From an uncultured Rickettsiales bacterium (GTDB lineage Bacteria > Pseudomonadota > Alphaproteobacteria > Rickettsiales > CAZAGG01): a stretch of 64,000 bases of DNA. Of the stretch, positions 28,417 through 39,199 are shown piece after piece (within the stretch, counting starts at the first letter, position 1; the number at the start of each line of letters is the position of its first letter). A program made the position numbers and the translations under genes. A model generated the notes under the pieces. The model made no database searches. It had not been told where the DNA came from and was given only the letters and a program-made list of their open reading frames with translations. The DNA lies in contig CAZAGG010000006.1 of the NCBI GenBank assembly GCA_964484565.1, forward strand, positions 38,306-102,305, in the 5' to 3' direction.

Positions 28417-29360
28417 TGGAAGATTTAAGAGATTATCCTGATAAACCAGACTTGCAGGTTGACTGCCAGAAGGTGTTTGGCTTTGATGTCGGCTTCGAGG
28501 TATTCAAATTTCATAAAGTTTCGCCTTATGTTCCGCAAATAGACAGAAACTATTTATTTGATAAAGACACAACAATAGCAATTCTTGCAGGCTTTATGTT
28601 TAACCGCAAAGTAATGGTGCAAGGTTATCACGGTACTGGAAAATCTTCTCATATTGAGCAAATCGCTGCAAGGCTCGGCTGGCCTTGCATTCGCATCAAT
28701 CTTGATAGCCATGTAAGCCGTATAGATTTATTAGGCAAAGAATCTATCGTAATTCGCGATGGAAAGCAAGTTACTGAATTTAAACAAGGTTTGCTTCCAT
28801 TTGCTTTGCAAAATCCTGTAGCTCTGGTTTTTGATGAATATGACGCAGGCAGACCAGATGTTATGTTTGTCATCCAGCGCGTTTTGGAATCAGAAGGAAA
28901 ACTGACGTTGCTTGAGCAAAACCGCGTTTTAACTCCGCATCAATCTTTCCGCATATTTGCGACTGCGAACACTGTAGGGCTTGGTGACACTTCAGGAATG
29001 TATCACGGAACGCAGGCAATCAACCAAGGACAAATGGATAGATGGAGCATTGTGACCAAACTCAATTACCTTCCATTTGAACAAGAGCTTGGCATTATCT
29101 CTGCAAAGGTTAAAGGAGTTGATGAGGATATACTAAAATCAATGGTGGCAATGGCAGATCTGACTCGTTCGGCATTTATAAACGGTGATATTTCAACCGT
29201 GATGTCTCCTAGAACAGTGATTACATGGGCAGAAAATTATCAAATATTTAAAAATGTTGAGTTAGCCTTTGAGCTATCATTCCTAAATCGCTCTGATGAA
29301 TCTGAAATAGAGATTATTAAAGAGTTATATCAACGTGCATTTGCGGTCGAAATAGCATGA
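28416..29360 (+). CDS. cobS: CobS-like AAA+ (MoxR-class) ATPase
   Basis: Walker A YHGTGKSSHIEQIAARLGWPCIRINLD, Walker B LVFDEYD, 314 aa. The name follows the family and a cobalamin role is not implied. Confidence 0.8.
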   Translation: MEDLRDYPDKPDLQVDCQKVFGFDVGFEVFKFHKVSPYVPQIDRNYLFDKDTTIAILAGFMFNRKVMVQGYHGTGKSSHIEQIAARLGWPCIRINLDSHVSRIDLLGKESIVIRDGKQVTEFKQGLLPFALQNPVALVFDEYDAGRPDVMFVIQRVLESEGKLTLLEQNRVLTPHQSFRIFATANTVGLGDTSGMYHGTQAINQGQMDRWSIVTKLNYLPFEQELGIISAKVKGVDEDILKSMVAMADLTRSAFINGDISTVMSPRTVITWAENYQIFKNVELAFELSFLNRSDESEIEIIKELYQRAFAVEIA

Positions 29361-30607
29361 CAACCTTTCAGAACTTAGCAGAACGGGCAAAAGAAGCCTT
29401 CAAAATTCTATCTATCTCAGACTCAAGGCTTAGAAGAGATGCCATCTTAATGGCTGCTCAAAAGATTTTAGCGGCAGAAGATTTTATCTTAAAGGCAAAT
29501 GCAAAAGATATGGAGGTTGCAAAACAAAAAGGCTTGAGCAATGCAATGCTTGATAGATTATTGCTTACTAGCGATAGAATAAGGGCAATAGTTGAAGGCA
29601 TTAGTTCTGTTGCGGATCAAGAAGATCCACTAGGCATTGTTTTAGACGAATGGAATCAGCCAAACGGCCTTTACTTTAAAAAAGTCTCTTGCCCAATTGG
29701 TGTTATTGGTATGATATATGAAGCAAGACCTAATGTTACGGCTGATGCGGCGGCGTTATGTTTAAAATCTGGAAACTGCGTGATACTTCGTTCTGGCTCT
29801 GACTCGATTAATTCATCTCTTGCAATCGCAAATTGCATTAGAAACGGTATCAAAGAAGCAGGGCTTCCTGAAGATTCGGTAATTGCAATTGAGTCAACAG
29901 AACGCTCTATTGTTGGTGAAATGCTCTCCGCGCAAGGATATTTAGATCTTATAATTCCACGAGGTGGAAAAGAGCTAACCAAGCGCATTGCTGAAGAGTC
30001 GAGAGTTCCAACCTTGCAACATTTAGATGGCAACTGCCATATATACATCCACAAGAGTGCAAATCCAGAAATGGCTTTAAAGGTTGTGGTAAACGGCAAA
30101 CTAAGGCGTACAGGAATTTGTGGGGCAACAGAATCTCTAGTAATAGATAGAGAGGCTTTGCATAGCATTTTTCCCAAGATAGCAAATACACTTGTTAGTA
30201 TGGGCTGTGAAATAAGGGCAGATGAAGCATCTAGAGCTATTAACCCTGCAATAAAGCCTGCATCTGAAGAAGATTGGTCTACGGAATATCTTGATAAAAT
30301 TATCTCTGTCAAAACAGTTGATGATGTTGATGAGGCAATCAATCATATAAACAAATATAGCTCGCACCATACAGAAGCAATTATTGCAGATGATAAAGAA
30401 GTTGCCGAATATTTCTTAAAGCGAATTGATAGCTCTATAGTTTTGCATAATGCCTCAACTCAGTTTGCCGATGGTGGCGAGTTTGGCTTTGGTGCGGAAA
30501 TAGGAATCTCTACAGGCAGAATCCACGCACGCGGACCCGTTGGCGCAAAACACCTAACCACTTATAAATACCTAGTGTCAGGGAACGGAACAGTAAGAGC
30601 TGGTTGA
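29357..30607 (+). CDS. proA: glutamate-5-semialdehyde dehydrogenase (gamma-glutamyl phosphate reductase)
   Basis: 416 aa with YEARPNVTADAAALCLKSGNCVILRSGS, the catalytic CGATESLVI region and NASTQFADGGEFGFGAEIGIST. Confidence 0.95.
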   Translation: MTTFQNLAERAKEAFKILSISDSRLRRDAILMAAQKILAAEDFILKANAKDMEVAKQKGLSNAMLDRLLLTSDRIRAIVEGISSVADQEDPLGIVLDEWNQPNGLYFKKVSCPIGVIGMIYEARPNVTADAAALCLKSGNCVILRSGSDSINSSLAIANCIRNGIKEAGLPEDSVIAIESTERSIVGEMLSAQGYLDLIIPRGGKELTKRIAEESRVPTLQHLDGNCHIYIHKSANPEMALKVVVNGKLRRTGICGATESLVIDREALHSIFPKIANTLVSMGCEIRADEASRAINPAIKPASEEDWSTEYLDKIISVKTVDDVDEAINHINKYSSHHTEAIIADDKEVAEYFLKRIDSSIVLHNASTQFADGGEFGFGAEIGISTGRIHARGPVGAKHLTTYKYLVSGNGTVRAG

Positions 30608-30614
30608 TATACCC

Positions 30615-31205
30615 TTACCTTCTATATTCGCTGGTTTTTAACCTTGAGTGGTTTACAACTTTTTGAACATATTTAGTATTGCGAGCGATATAGATTACTT
30701 TATCCATCTCGGTTTGAGAGTCTGCAATTCCTGTGATGTAAACTGTTGTTGCCACAGTATTGATACCATAATTTACTGAGCGAATGCCTTTTTCAAGCAA
30801 TAATCTGCTTTTAATTTGGGCAGTTATCCACGCATCTTTTGAATAATCTAGAGGTTTTCCAGCATCTGTAACTATTAGTTCATTGATAACTTCTCTAACC
30901 CCAGAAACATCCCAAGCCATTTTTTGTGCTTCTTCATAGGTTCTTTGGGTTTTCACCTTTCCAAATAGGAAAACTCGGCCTTCTACAACCTCTGTATCAA
31001 TATCAACAAACATATCATCAACATTTGACTGAAAGAATTTTGATTTTAACTTAGTTTGAATTCCCGCATCATCTATTGCAGTTCCGACAGTTCTTTCTTG
31101 TGCAACCGCAGTGCCACCAACTGCTGCCCCACCAACAACTACAGGAACACATCCAGCAGTTAATGCGAGCACGCTAAATAATGATGTAATTTTGATGATA
31201 TTCAT
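30615..31205 (-). CDS. BON-domain lipoprotein (YraP/DolP/OsmY-like)
   Basis: Lipobox LTAGC followed by two BON-like repeats (IDTEVVEGRVFLFGKV ; INTVATTVYITGIA). Confidence 0.8.
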   Translation of the reverse strand: MNIIKITSLFSVLALTAGCVPVVVGGAAVGGTAVAQERTVGTAIDDAGIQTKLKSKFFQSNVDDMFVDIDTEVVEGRVFLFGKVKTQRTYEEAQKMAWDVSGVREVINELIVTDAGKPLDYSKDAWITAQIKSRLLLEKGIRSVNYGINTVATTVYITGIADSQTEMDKVIYIARNTKYVQKVVNHSRLKTSEYRR

Positions 31206-31235
31206 TAAACCGCCTCCAAATTTATTAGAATAAAC

Positions 31236-34082
31236 TTGAAGTCCGCCGTCAATTTTGTCAACTATCTTCTTGAAAAGACATTTAATGAGGTTGTTGTGGG
31301 TAACGAAACCCTATATTTGGTAGATGGTTCAGGGTTTATTTTCAGGGCGTATCATTCGTTGCCCCCTCTGACAAGGCCTGATGGAACTCCCGTTGGAGCG
31401 GTTTACGGCTTTGTAAACATGCTCCTCAAATTAACAGACAAGATGCGCGCAAGCCATATCGCCGTCATTTTCGATGCAGGAAGAAAAACCTTCCGTAACG
31501 ATATATACTCAGAATATAAGGCTCACAGACCCCCTCCACCTGAAGATTTGATTCCCCAATTTGCAATTGTGAGAGAGGCAACTATCGAAATGGGACTTCC
31601 CGCAATCGAAAGTGCTGGATTTGAGGCCGATGATATAATCGCAACATACGCAAAACAAGCCGTATCTCAAGGCATGAAAGTTGTTATTGTCTCTTCAGAT
31701 AAAGATCTAATGCAGCTTGTAGATGAAGATGTTATTATGCACGACCCTATCCGCTCGATTGATATTGGTATTGATGGGGTTATGGCAAAATTTGGAGTTC
31801 TTCCAGATAAAGTAGTTGATGTTTTAGCACTTGCAGGCGATAGCAGTGATAACGTTCCAGGTGTAGCGGGAATAGGCCCCAAAACGGCCGCAGAGTTGAT
31901 AAATCAATACGGTGATTTAGAGTCAATTCTTGCCAATGCTGCTAATATTCCGCAAAAGTCACGCAGAGAAAAACTAATCGAATATTCAGATATTGCACGA
32001 ATCTCAAAAAGACTTGTCGAGCTTAAATGCGATGTTGAAAATATCCCAAACATTGATGAACTCACAATCAAAAAACCAGATTATTTAAGCCTAAAGAATT
32101 TCTTAGAAAAACAAGGCTTTAAATCTATTGTCAGTAAAATTTCTGAGAAAGAGAAGTTTGAGTTTGCTGCAAATCCTGAGGCTAGCACTAATTTTGATTT
32201 GCCAGCAAAAAATATTTCACCTGCAAAACAAGCAAGTTACAAACTAATTCAGGATATAGATGAGCTAAAAAAACTTGTAGGCATAATTAAGCAAAACGGC
32301 TTTTTTGCATTCGATACCGAAACAACTTCGCTAAATATTGGCCTTGCAGAGTTGGTTGGCATTGCAATCTCTGTTAAAGAACATGAGGGTTTTTATATCC
32401 CCTTAGGTCACGGCAAGGGGACTGATAATCAAATTTCATTATTAGAATCAAATGCCAATCAAATTGAATCAGTAAAGCAAATAAATCTCAATGCAGCACT
32501 AGATGTTATTCGGGAAGTTTTGGAAAGCGACTATATTCTAAAGATTGGTCACAACATCAAATATGACATTGGAATTATGTTGAAATATGGCATTTCCATC
32601 CAAACTACCGATGATACAATGCTTATGTCATATATTTTGGCAACAGGGCTGCACAACCACAACCTAGATGAACTTGCGGAACTGTATCTTGGGCATAATA
32701 CAATTAAATATGAAGATGTTACTGGCAAGGGAAAAGATAAGAAAAACTTTAGCGAAATTACTCCAGAACAGGCGTTGAATTACGCGGCTGAAGATGCAGA
32801 TATTACCCTCAGATTATGGAATATATTTTCTAGAAGAATCGCTAACGAGGGCTTTGCAACTCTTTATCAGACTATTGAGAGGCCTTTAATTGATATAATT
32901 GCCAATATGGAGCAAATCGGCATAGCGGTTGATAAATCAATGCTTGCAAGGTTATCTGAGTCGTTTTCATTAAGACTTGCCGAATTGGAAAAGGAAATAT
33001 ACTCAATTGCAGGAAAGTCATTTAATATTGCATCTCCCAAACAATTGGGAGAAATTCTGTTTGACGAACTCAAACTTCCTGCACCTAAGAAAACTAAAAT
33101 GGGAGCTTACGAAACAGGTGTGGCAGTTTTAGAATCTCTTGCTGATGAAGGGCATGAAATGCCTAGAAAAATTCTGGATTGGCGACAAATAGCAAAATTA
33201 AAAAGCACCTACTCAGAGGCTCTAATCAATCAGATTAATAGCCGAACAGGAAGAGTTCATACCTCATTTTCTATGGCTACAACAAATACGGGAAGGTTAA
33301 GTTCTAACGATCCAAACCTCCAAAATATCCCGATTCGCACTGAAGAAGGAAGAAAGATACGAAAAGCATTCATAGCAAAGCAAGATAATGTTATATTATC
33401 AGCAGATTATTCGCAGATAGAGCTAAGATTACTCGCCCACATAGCCGAAGTTGATAGCTTAAGAAAAGCATTTCAAAATAATCAAGATATACACTCAATC
33501 ACGGCAAGCGAAATGTTTGGGGTGTCGTTACAAAATGTAAATTCAGAGCTAAGAAGGAAGGCAAAAACCATCAACTTCGGCATAATCTATGGAATTAGTG
33601 CATTTGGGCTTGCCGCAAGACTTGGGATTTCAAGAACTGAAGCATCGGAATATATTGCTGAATATTTCAAGAAATATGCGGGCATAAAACGTTATATGGA
33701 TGCAACAATTACTTCATGCAGGCAAAATGGCTATGTAGAGACAATATTCGGCAGAAAATGTTACATCAAAGGTATTAATGATAAGAATGGCGCAATTCGC
33801 AGTTTCTCAGAACGCGCCGCTATCAATGCACCGCTACAGGGTTCAGCCGCAGATATAATCAAAAGGGCAATGATAAAGGTAAGTCACAAACTAAATGAAC
33901 ATCAAGATCTCAAATGCCAAATGATATTACAAGTGCATGATGAGTTGTTATTTGAGCTTCCACACGACAACATCGAAAAGGTAGTTGCCTTAATAAAACC
34001 AGCGATGGAATCTTCCGCGCACTTGTCAGTTCCTCTAACCGTAGAAACAGGATATTCAACAAATTGGGATGAAGCGCATTAA
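31236..34082 (+). CDS. polA: DNA polymerase I
   Basis: 5'-nuclease domain (LVDGSGFIFRAYH, GVAGIGPKTA), 3'-5' exonuclease domain (FAFDTETTSL) and polymerase motifs A (LSADYSQIELRLLAH), B (RRKAKTINFGIIYG) and C (QVHDELLFE). Confidence 0.95.
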   Translation: MKSAVNFVNYLLEKTFNEVVVGNETLYLVDGSGFIFRAYHSLPPLTRPDGTPVGAVYGFVNMLLKLTDKMRASHIAVIFDAGRKTFRNDIYSEYKAHRPPPPEDLIPQFAIVREATIEMGLPAIESAGFEADDIIATYAKQAVSQGMKVVIVSSDKDLMQLVDEDVIMHDPIRSIDIGIDGVMAKFGVLPDKVVDVLALAGDSSDNVPGVAGIGPKTAAELINQYGDLESILANAANIPQKSRREKLIEYSDIARISKRLVELKCDVENIPNIDELTIKKPDYLSLKNFLEKQGFKSIVSKISEKEKFEFAANPEASTNFDLPAKNISPAKQASYKLIQDIDELKKLVGIIKQNGFFAFDTETTSLNIGLAELVGIAISVKEHEGFYIPLGHGKGTDNQISLLESNANQIESVKQINLNAALDVIREVLESDYILKIGHNIKYDIGIMLKYGISIQTTDDTMLMSYILATGLHNHNLDELAELYLGHNTIKYEDVTGKGKDKKNFSEITPEQALNYAAEDADITLRLWNIFSRRIANEGFATLYQTIERPLIDIIANMEQIGIAVDKSMLARLSESFSLRLAELEKEIYSIAGKSFNIASPKQLGEILFDELKLPAPKKTKMGAYETGVAVLESLADEGHEMPRKILDWRQIAKLKSTYSEALINQINSRTGRVHTSFSMATTNTGRLSSNDPNLQNIPIRTEEGRKIRKAFIAKQDNVILSADYSQIELRLLAHIAEVDSLRKAFQNNQDIHSITASEMFGVSLQNVNSELRRKAKTINFGIIYGISAFGLAARLGISRTEASEYIAEYFKKYAGIKRYMDATITSCRQNGYVETIFGRKCYIKGINDKNGAIRSFSERAAINAPLQGSAADIIKRAMIKVSHKLNEHQDLKCQMILQVHDELLFELPHDNIEKVVALIKPAMESSAHLSVPLTVETGYSTNWDEAH

Positions 34083-34159
34083 AGAATCTTGCCCTTACAA
34101 TAATAATGTGATTATTTCTTGCTGGTTATATAGAATCAAAAATAAAGTTTTGGGTTAAA

Positions 34160-35560
34160 ATGCAGTTTAAAGAACTATCCGCCAACGGATTAAACAGACA
34201 ATATGAAGTAGTTGTTGAAGCTAAAGTTGTAGCTGAGCAAATAGATAAAAAACTGGCTGATATAGCAAAGACAGCTAAAATTCCAGGTTTCAGACAAGGA
34301 AAAGTTCCAGCGCAGGTGCTTAAAAAGAGATATGGAGACAGCGCAACTGCTGAAACTATTGAGCAACTAACTCAGAATTCAAGTCGCGATTTGATGAAGG
34401 AAAAAGATATTCGTCCAGCAATGACTCCTAAAGTTTCGGAATTCAAATATAACGAGGGTGAAGACCTCAAATTTACCCTTACAGTAGATTTATTTCCTGA
34501 AATTCCAGAGCTTGATTTTGCGAAAATCAAAATAGAACGCCCTCTATCAGAAGTGAAAGATTCCGATGTTGAGGGTGCTATGGAACGCCTTAGAGCACGT
34601 TTCAGAGATTTGAAGGTTGTAGAAAAACCGAGAGCCGCAAAAAAGGGTGATGTTCTTACTATCAATTTTGTAGGAAAAATTGATGGCAAAGAGTTTGAAG
34701 GCGGTGCGGCTGATGGTTTTAAGGTTGAAATTGGCGCAGGTCAGATGATACCAGGCTTTGAAGATGAACTTATTGGCCTCAAGCCAAATGATGAAAAATC
34801 TTTTGAAGTAACATTCCCTGATGATTACGGAGTTGAGCATCTCGAAGGCAAGAAGGCAACTTTTGATGTTAAGTTAATTGATATTAGCGATGTGATTTTG
34901 CCAGAACTAAATGCCGAATTTGCAGAAAAACTACGCTTTGAAAGCGTTGAAGAGCTTCGTAAAAGCGTGAAAGAGCAGGTTGAAAATGACTATAATGAAA
35001 TGTCTCGCGCAATAGTTAAGCGCAGGCTTTTTGACGAGCTTGAAAAAACTCTGGAGTTTGAAATTCCGCAATCAATGCTGCAACTTGAATTTGACTCTAT
35101 TTGGGAAAATCTAAAAAAAGCGCAGGCTAATGGAGACCCTACTCTTATTGGTCGCAGCGATGACGATTTAAAAGAGGAATATACAAAAGTTGCTCTTCGT
35201 CGTGTTAGACTCGGCTTGTTTTTATCTGAAGTTGGGCGCAAGAACGATATTAAAGTAACTAACGATGAACTTCGTGATGCTATCTTTAATCAAGCGAAGC
35301 GTTACCCTGGTCAGGTTCAGAAGATTTTTGAGTTTTACAACCAGAACCCTGAATATCTTGAAGATATAAGAGCACCTCTTTATGAAGATAAAACCGTTGA
35401 TTTTATTCGTGAGAAAATTTCTTACGACGACAAAAAGGTTGATTCTGAATCTCTTGAAGATATTTATTTTGAAGAAAGCTCAGGCAGAAAAGATAAGAAA
35501 GAGAAAAAAGAGAAATCTTCTTCTGGCAAGACCGCAAAAAGCAAGAAAAGTGAACAATAG
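34160..35560 (+). CDS. tig: trigger factor
   Basis: N-terminal ribosome-binding GFRQGKVP motif, central FKBP PPIase (GDVLTINFVGKIDGKEFEGG), and tig-clpP-clpX synteny. Confidence 0.95.
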   Translation: MQFKELSANGLNRQYEVVVEAKVVAEQIDKKLADIAKTAKIPGFRQGKVPAQVLKKRYGDSATAETIEQLTQNSSRDLMKEKDIRPAMTPKVSEFKYNEGEDLKFTLTVDLFPEIPELDFAKIKIERPLSEVKDSDVEGAMERLRARFRDLKVVEKPRAAKKGDVLTINFVGKIDGKEFEGGAADGFKVEIGAGQMIPGFEDELIGLKPNDEKSFEVTFPDDYGVEHLEGKKATFDVKLIDISDVILPELNAEFAEKLRFESVEELRKSVKEQVENDYNEMSRAIVKRRLFDELEKTLEFEIPQSMLQLEFDSIWENLKKAQANGDPTLIGRSDDDLKEEYTKVALRRVRLGLFLSEVGRKNDIKVTNDELRDAIFNQAKRYPGQVQKIFEFYNQNPEYLEDIRAPLYEDKTVDFIREKISYDDKKVDSESLEDIYFEESSGRKDKKEKKEKSSSGKTAKSKKSEQ

Positions 35561-35591
35561 TAATAACTTAATCAAATATCAGGTGGCTTAA

Positions 35592-36239
35592 ATGAACAAA
35601 GAACTATATGAAGACAGAATGATGGAAATATACAACGACCTAGTTCCTATGGTTGTTGAGCAAACCAGCAGAGGCGAGAGAGCTTTTGATATTTTCTCCC
35701 GTTTGTTAAAAGAGCGAATCATATTCGTTAATGGCCAAGTTCATGACGGAATGTCTTCACTGATAGTGGCGCAGCTACTTTTTCTTGAGTCTGAAAACCC
35801 AGATAAAGATATAGCGATGTATATCAATTCACCAGGTGGAGTTGTGACATCTGGCCTTGCGATATATGATACGATGAACTACATAAAACCAAATGTTGCA
35901 ACGCTTTGCATGGGTCAGGCTTGCTCTATGGGTTCGCTACTACTTGCAGCAGGAGAGAAAGGAAAGCGTTATTCTTTACCTAACTCCAGAATCATGATTC
36001 ACCAGCCATCTGGCGGATTTAGGGGTCAGGCAACCGATATCGAGATTCACGCAAAAGAGATATTAGATCTAAAATCTAAACTTAATAATATGTATGTTAA
36101 GCTAACTGGACAAAATCTTGAAACTGTTCAGGTGAATATGGAGCGCGATAATTTTATGTCTCCAGAAAAAGCAAAAGAGTTCGGATTGATAGATCATATT
36201 GTGAATAGTAGATCTGATATTGCAGAGCAAAAAAAATAA
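35592..36239 (+). CDS. clpP: ATP-dependent Clp protease proteolytic subunit
   Basis: [18 protein letters not shown], catalytic Ser in [11 protein letters not shown] and His in IMIHQPSGG. Confidence 0.95.
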   Translation: MNKELYEDRMMEIYNDLVPMVVEQTSRGERAFDIFSRLLKERIIFVNGQVHDGMSSLIVAQLLFLESENPDKDIAMYINSPGGVVTSGLAIYDTMNYIKPNVATLCMGQACSMGSLLLAAGEKGKRYSLPNSRIMIHQPSGGFRGQATDIEIHAKEILDLKSKLNNMYVKLTGQNLETVQVNMERDNFMSPEKAKEFGLIDHIVNSRSDIAEQKK

Positions 36240-36339
36240 CAAAATTTATTTGTGGGTAATTTGTATTATATTGTGCAAAAAATTAACTATTCGTAGTTAT
36301 ATTAAACATATGATACAAATTACTGCGTAATGTAAGATA

Positions 36340-37626
36340 ATGACAAAAAACGGTTCGACCAGAGATACTAAAAGCACACTTTATTGTTCCTTTTGCGGCA
36401 AAAGCCAACACGAGGTTAAGAAGCTAATTGCTGGCCCAACCGTATTTATCTGCGATGAGTGTGTTGAGCTTTGTAACGACATCATCAAAGAAGAAACAAA
36501 AACAACAATCTCAAGAACTGGTGATGGTATTCCAAAGCCAAAAGAGATATGTAAGATACTTGATGAGTATGTTATTGGGCAGTTTACAGCGAAAAAGGTT
36601 CTTTCTGTTGCTGTGCACAATCATTATAAGCGTATAGCACAGGCAGAAAAAGGTTCAGATATTGAGATTGCAAAATCAAATATCATGATAATTGGCCCAA
36701 CTGGTTGCGGTAAAACTTTGCTTGCTCAAACTCTCGCAAGAATTCTTGATGTTCCGTTCACAATGGCCGATGCCACAACACTAACAGAGGCTGGATATGT
36801 TGGTGAAGATGTGGAAAACATAATTCTTCGATTACTTCAAGCCGCTGATTACAATGTTGAGCGCGCCCAAAGAGGTATAGTTTATATTGATGAAGTCGAT
36901 AAGATTTCTCGCAAATCAGATAATCCTTCGATTACCCGTGATGTATCTGGGGAAGGTGTGCAGCAAGCCCTTCTCAAGATTATGGAAGGCACAGTTGCAT
37001 CAGTGCCACCTCAAGGGGGAAGAAAACATCCACAACAGGAGTTTTTGCATGTTGACACTTCTAACATATTATTTATCTGCGGCGGTGCTTTTGTTGGCCT
37101 TGAGAAAATTATCGCATCAAGAAGTAAGGGTACGTCAATTGGCTTCGGTGCGAACGTTGTCAGCGAAGAAAACAGACGCATAGGCGACCTTCTTAAAACA
37201 GTTGAGCCAGAAGATTTATTAAAATTTGGTTTGATTCCAGAGTTTATTGGCAGGCTTCCTGTAATTGCAACTCTTCATGATCTTGATGAAGAAGCGTTGA
37301 TCGAGATTTTAACCAAACCTAAAAACGCCCTGATCAAGCAGTATCAGAAACTTTTTGAGATGGAAAATGTCAAGCTAACTTTCGAGCAAGATGCACTTAG
37401 CGCAATTGCCGAAAAGGCTATAAAGCGCAAGACTGGCGCAAGGGGCTTGAGAGCAATTCTTGAATCTATCTTGATGGAGCAGATGTTCTCTATTCCTGGA
37501 ACAGAGGATGTTGAAGAGGTGGTAATAACCAGAAAAGTTGTCGAAGAGGGCAAAGAACCAGCATTGATAACCCATGCGGCAAAAGAAAAAACTTCAAAAT
37601 CTAAATCTTCTGATAAGAATTCATAA
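36340..37626 (+). CDS. clpX: ATP-dependent Clp protease ATP-binding subunit ClpX
   Basis: Zn-finger [27 protein letters not shown], Walker [10 protein letters not shown], Walker [10 protein letters not shown], and the pore loop GYVGEDV. Confidence 0.97.
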   Translation: MTKNGSTRDTKSTLYCSFCGKSQHEVKKLIAGPTVFICDECVELCNDIIKEETKTTISRTGDGIPKPKEICKILDEYVIGQFTAKKVLSVAVHNHYKRIAQAEKGSDIEIAKSNIMIIGPTGCGKTLLAQTLARILDVPFTMADATTLTEAGYVGEDVENIILRLLQAADYNVERAQRGIVYIDEVDKISRKSDNPSITRDVSGEGVQQALLKIMEGTVASVPPQGGRKHPQQEFLHVDTSNILFICGGAFVGLEKIIASRSKGTSIGFGANVVSEENRRIGDLLKTVEPEDLLKFGLIPEFIGRLPVIATLHDLDEEALIEILTKPKNALIKQYQKLFEMENVKLTFEQDALSAIAEKAIKRKTGARGLRAILESILMEQMFSIPGTEDVEEVVITRKVVEEGKEPALITHAAKEKTSKSKSSDKNS

Positions 37627-37717
37627 CATAAGTTCTAGGCAGTTGAATCTTTTGAAATACTGTATATAGTCTCTGTAATTCATAATTTATATCTGTATGT
37701 TTTCGGAGTTAAACCAA

Positions 37718-37873
37718 ATGAGAATAATACTAACTCTTTCACTTATTGTATTAATTGCACTATCTGCTGGGGCTTGCTCGAAGCAAACACCAGAATTAAA
37801 AAGCCCATGCGCTGGAAATGAAGGAAGCCCATGCGGCCCTAAAAGAAAAGTAAATGATTGGTGGCTTGGCTAG
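37718..37873 (+). CDS. small lipoprotein (51 aa), missing from the ORF track
   Basis: MRIILTLSLIVLIALSAGAC has an n-region, an h-region and a lipobox Cys. The mature part is SKQTPELKSPCAGNEGSPCGPKRKVNDWWLG with two further Cys. It ends 10 nt before the trhO ATG. Confidence 0.5.
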   Translation: MRIILTLSLIVLIALSAGACSKQTPELKSPCAGNEGSPCGPKRKVNDWWLG

Positions 37874-37883
37874 GCGCATTAAT

Positions 37884-38732
37884 ATGTATCAAAATGAAGT
37901 TGCAATATCGGCCTTTTATAAATTTGTTGAGATAAAAGACTGCAAATCTCTACAGGCATCGCTGAAAGATGTAATGCTGGCCAATGAAGTTAAAGGAACA
38001 ATCATAGTTTCCCCCGAAGGAATTAACGGTACAATATCTGGAAGAGCGGATGCACTTGCCAGAGTAATGAGCTTTATCAGAAGCGATGAGAGATTTGCCG
38101 ACCTTGAAGATAAAATCAGCTATAATAATGAATATCCCTTTGAGCGAACCAAAGTGAAAGTGAAAAAGGAAGTTATTCCACTAGGTGCGCCAGTGAATCC
38201 CTCTAAAGCTGTGGGTATATATGTTGAGCCAGAAGAGTGGGACTCACTAATTGAAGACCCAGAAACAATCGTTATAGATACAAGAAATAAATATGAAGTG
38301 GAGCTTGGCACTTTTAAGGGAGCGGTTAATCCAGATACCAATAAGTTTAATGAGCTTCCTGAATATGTTGCAAAGAATCTTGATCCTAAAAAACATCGTA
38401 AGATTGCGATGTTTTGCACTGGCGGAATAAGATGTGAGAAGTTTTCATCTTACCTAGTAGAACTTGGCTACGAAAATGTTTATCACCTAAAAGGTGGAAT
38501 CTTGAAATATCTTGAGAAAATCCCCCAAGAAAAAGGAAGTTGGGAGGGTGATTGCTACGTTTTTGACGAGCGAATCGGTGTTGGATATGGACTAAAGCCA
38601 ACCGACAGCCCTATGAGTTGCAGAGAATGCGGCAAACATCTCTATACCAAAGATAGATTGCAAGATGGCTTCATGATTTATGGCAGATGCCGCGAATGCG
38701 CCAAACAATCTTACTCTGAATCGACATGTTAA
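37884..38732 (+). CDS. trhO: rhodanese-domain tRNA U34 hydroxylase TrhO (YceA/UPF0176)
   Basis: ISAFYKFVEI...KGTIIVSPEGINGTISG N-domain, rhodanese active-site loop FCTGGIRCEK, and a C-terminal Cys cluster. Start set at MYQNEV (37884); the track ORF begins at 37854. Confidence 0.85.
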   Translation: MYQNEVAISAFYKFVEIKDCKSLQASLKDVMLANEVKGTIIVSPEGINGTISGRADALARVMSFIRSDERFADLEDKISYNNEYPFERTKVKVKKEVIPLGAPVNPSKAVGIYVEPEEWDSLIEDPETIVIDTRNKYEVELGTFKGAVNPDTNKFNELPEYVAKNLDPKKHRKIAMFCTGGIRCEKFSSYLVELGYENVYHLKGGILKYLEKIPQEKGSWEGDCYVFDERIGVGYGLKPTDSPMSCRECGKHLYTKDRLQDGFMIYGRCRECAKQSYSESTC

Positions 38733-39175
38733 AAGAGATAGAGCGCAGGGTTAACAGAAGACTTGTTAAATACTGGCAAGAGCTTAAGGGCAATCGTAAG
38801 TTTCCTAAAGAATCTGACATTAACAGGGAAGAAATAGAGGATATATGGGATTCATGCTTTCTGATAAAGGTTTTTGAACGACCTGATAAACCATCTTTTA
38901 GATATTCATATCTAGGTGACGAACTAATAGAAGCATATAATCAAGATTTCACTGGCGCAGATATTTATACACAGGTTGAGGGAAAACTGGGGATAAAAAT
39001 GCGCGAACTAATGGAAGATATAGTAACCGCAAAACAACCTCTAAGCGTTGAGTCTGATTTTCTCAATGATAGAAATATGCTAATTAAATATAGGGTTTGT
39101 ATGTTACCGCTTGCAGAAAGCGATGATGAGGGCATTAATTATATCTTCGGCGGCATTCGCTGGCGTGCGTTTTAG
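38726..39175 (+). CDS. PAS_5-type PAS domain protein (alphaproteobacterial)
   Basis: LVKYWQELKGNRKFPKESDINREEIEDIW...FRYSYLGDELIEAYNQDFTG matches the PAS_5 layout (W..l.g.r.P.r.didp). Confidence 0.6.
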   Translation: MLKEIERRVNRRLVKYWQELKGNRKFPKESDINREEIEDIWDSCFLIKVFERPDKPSFRYSYLGDELIEAYNQDFTGADIYTQVEGKLGIKMRELMEDIVTAKQPLSVESDFLNDRNMLIKYRVCMLPLAESDDEGINYIFGGIRWRAF

Positions 39176-39199
39176 GCTCTATTGCTAGGAGAGAGGGCT

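Noticed and set aside
29671-30342. Long antisense ORFs inside well-recognised genes (for example 223 aa opposite proA, 140 aa opposite recN, 129 aa opposite gatB, 116 aa opposite the porin, 125 aa opposite the prepilin)
   Set aside because: They overlap genes with unambiguous family motifs, show low-complexity Ser/Pro/Ala-rich composition typical of antisense frames, and have no recognisable motifs or SD sequences.
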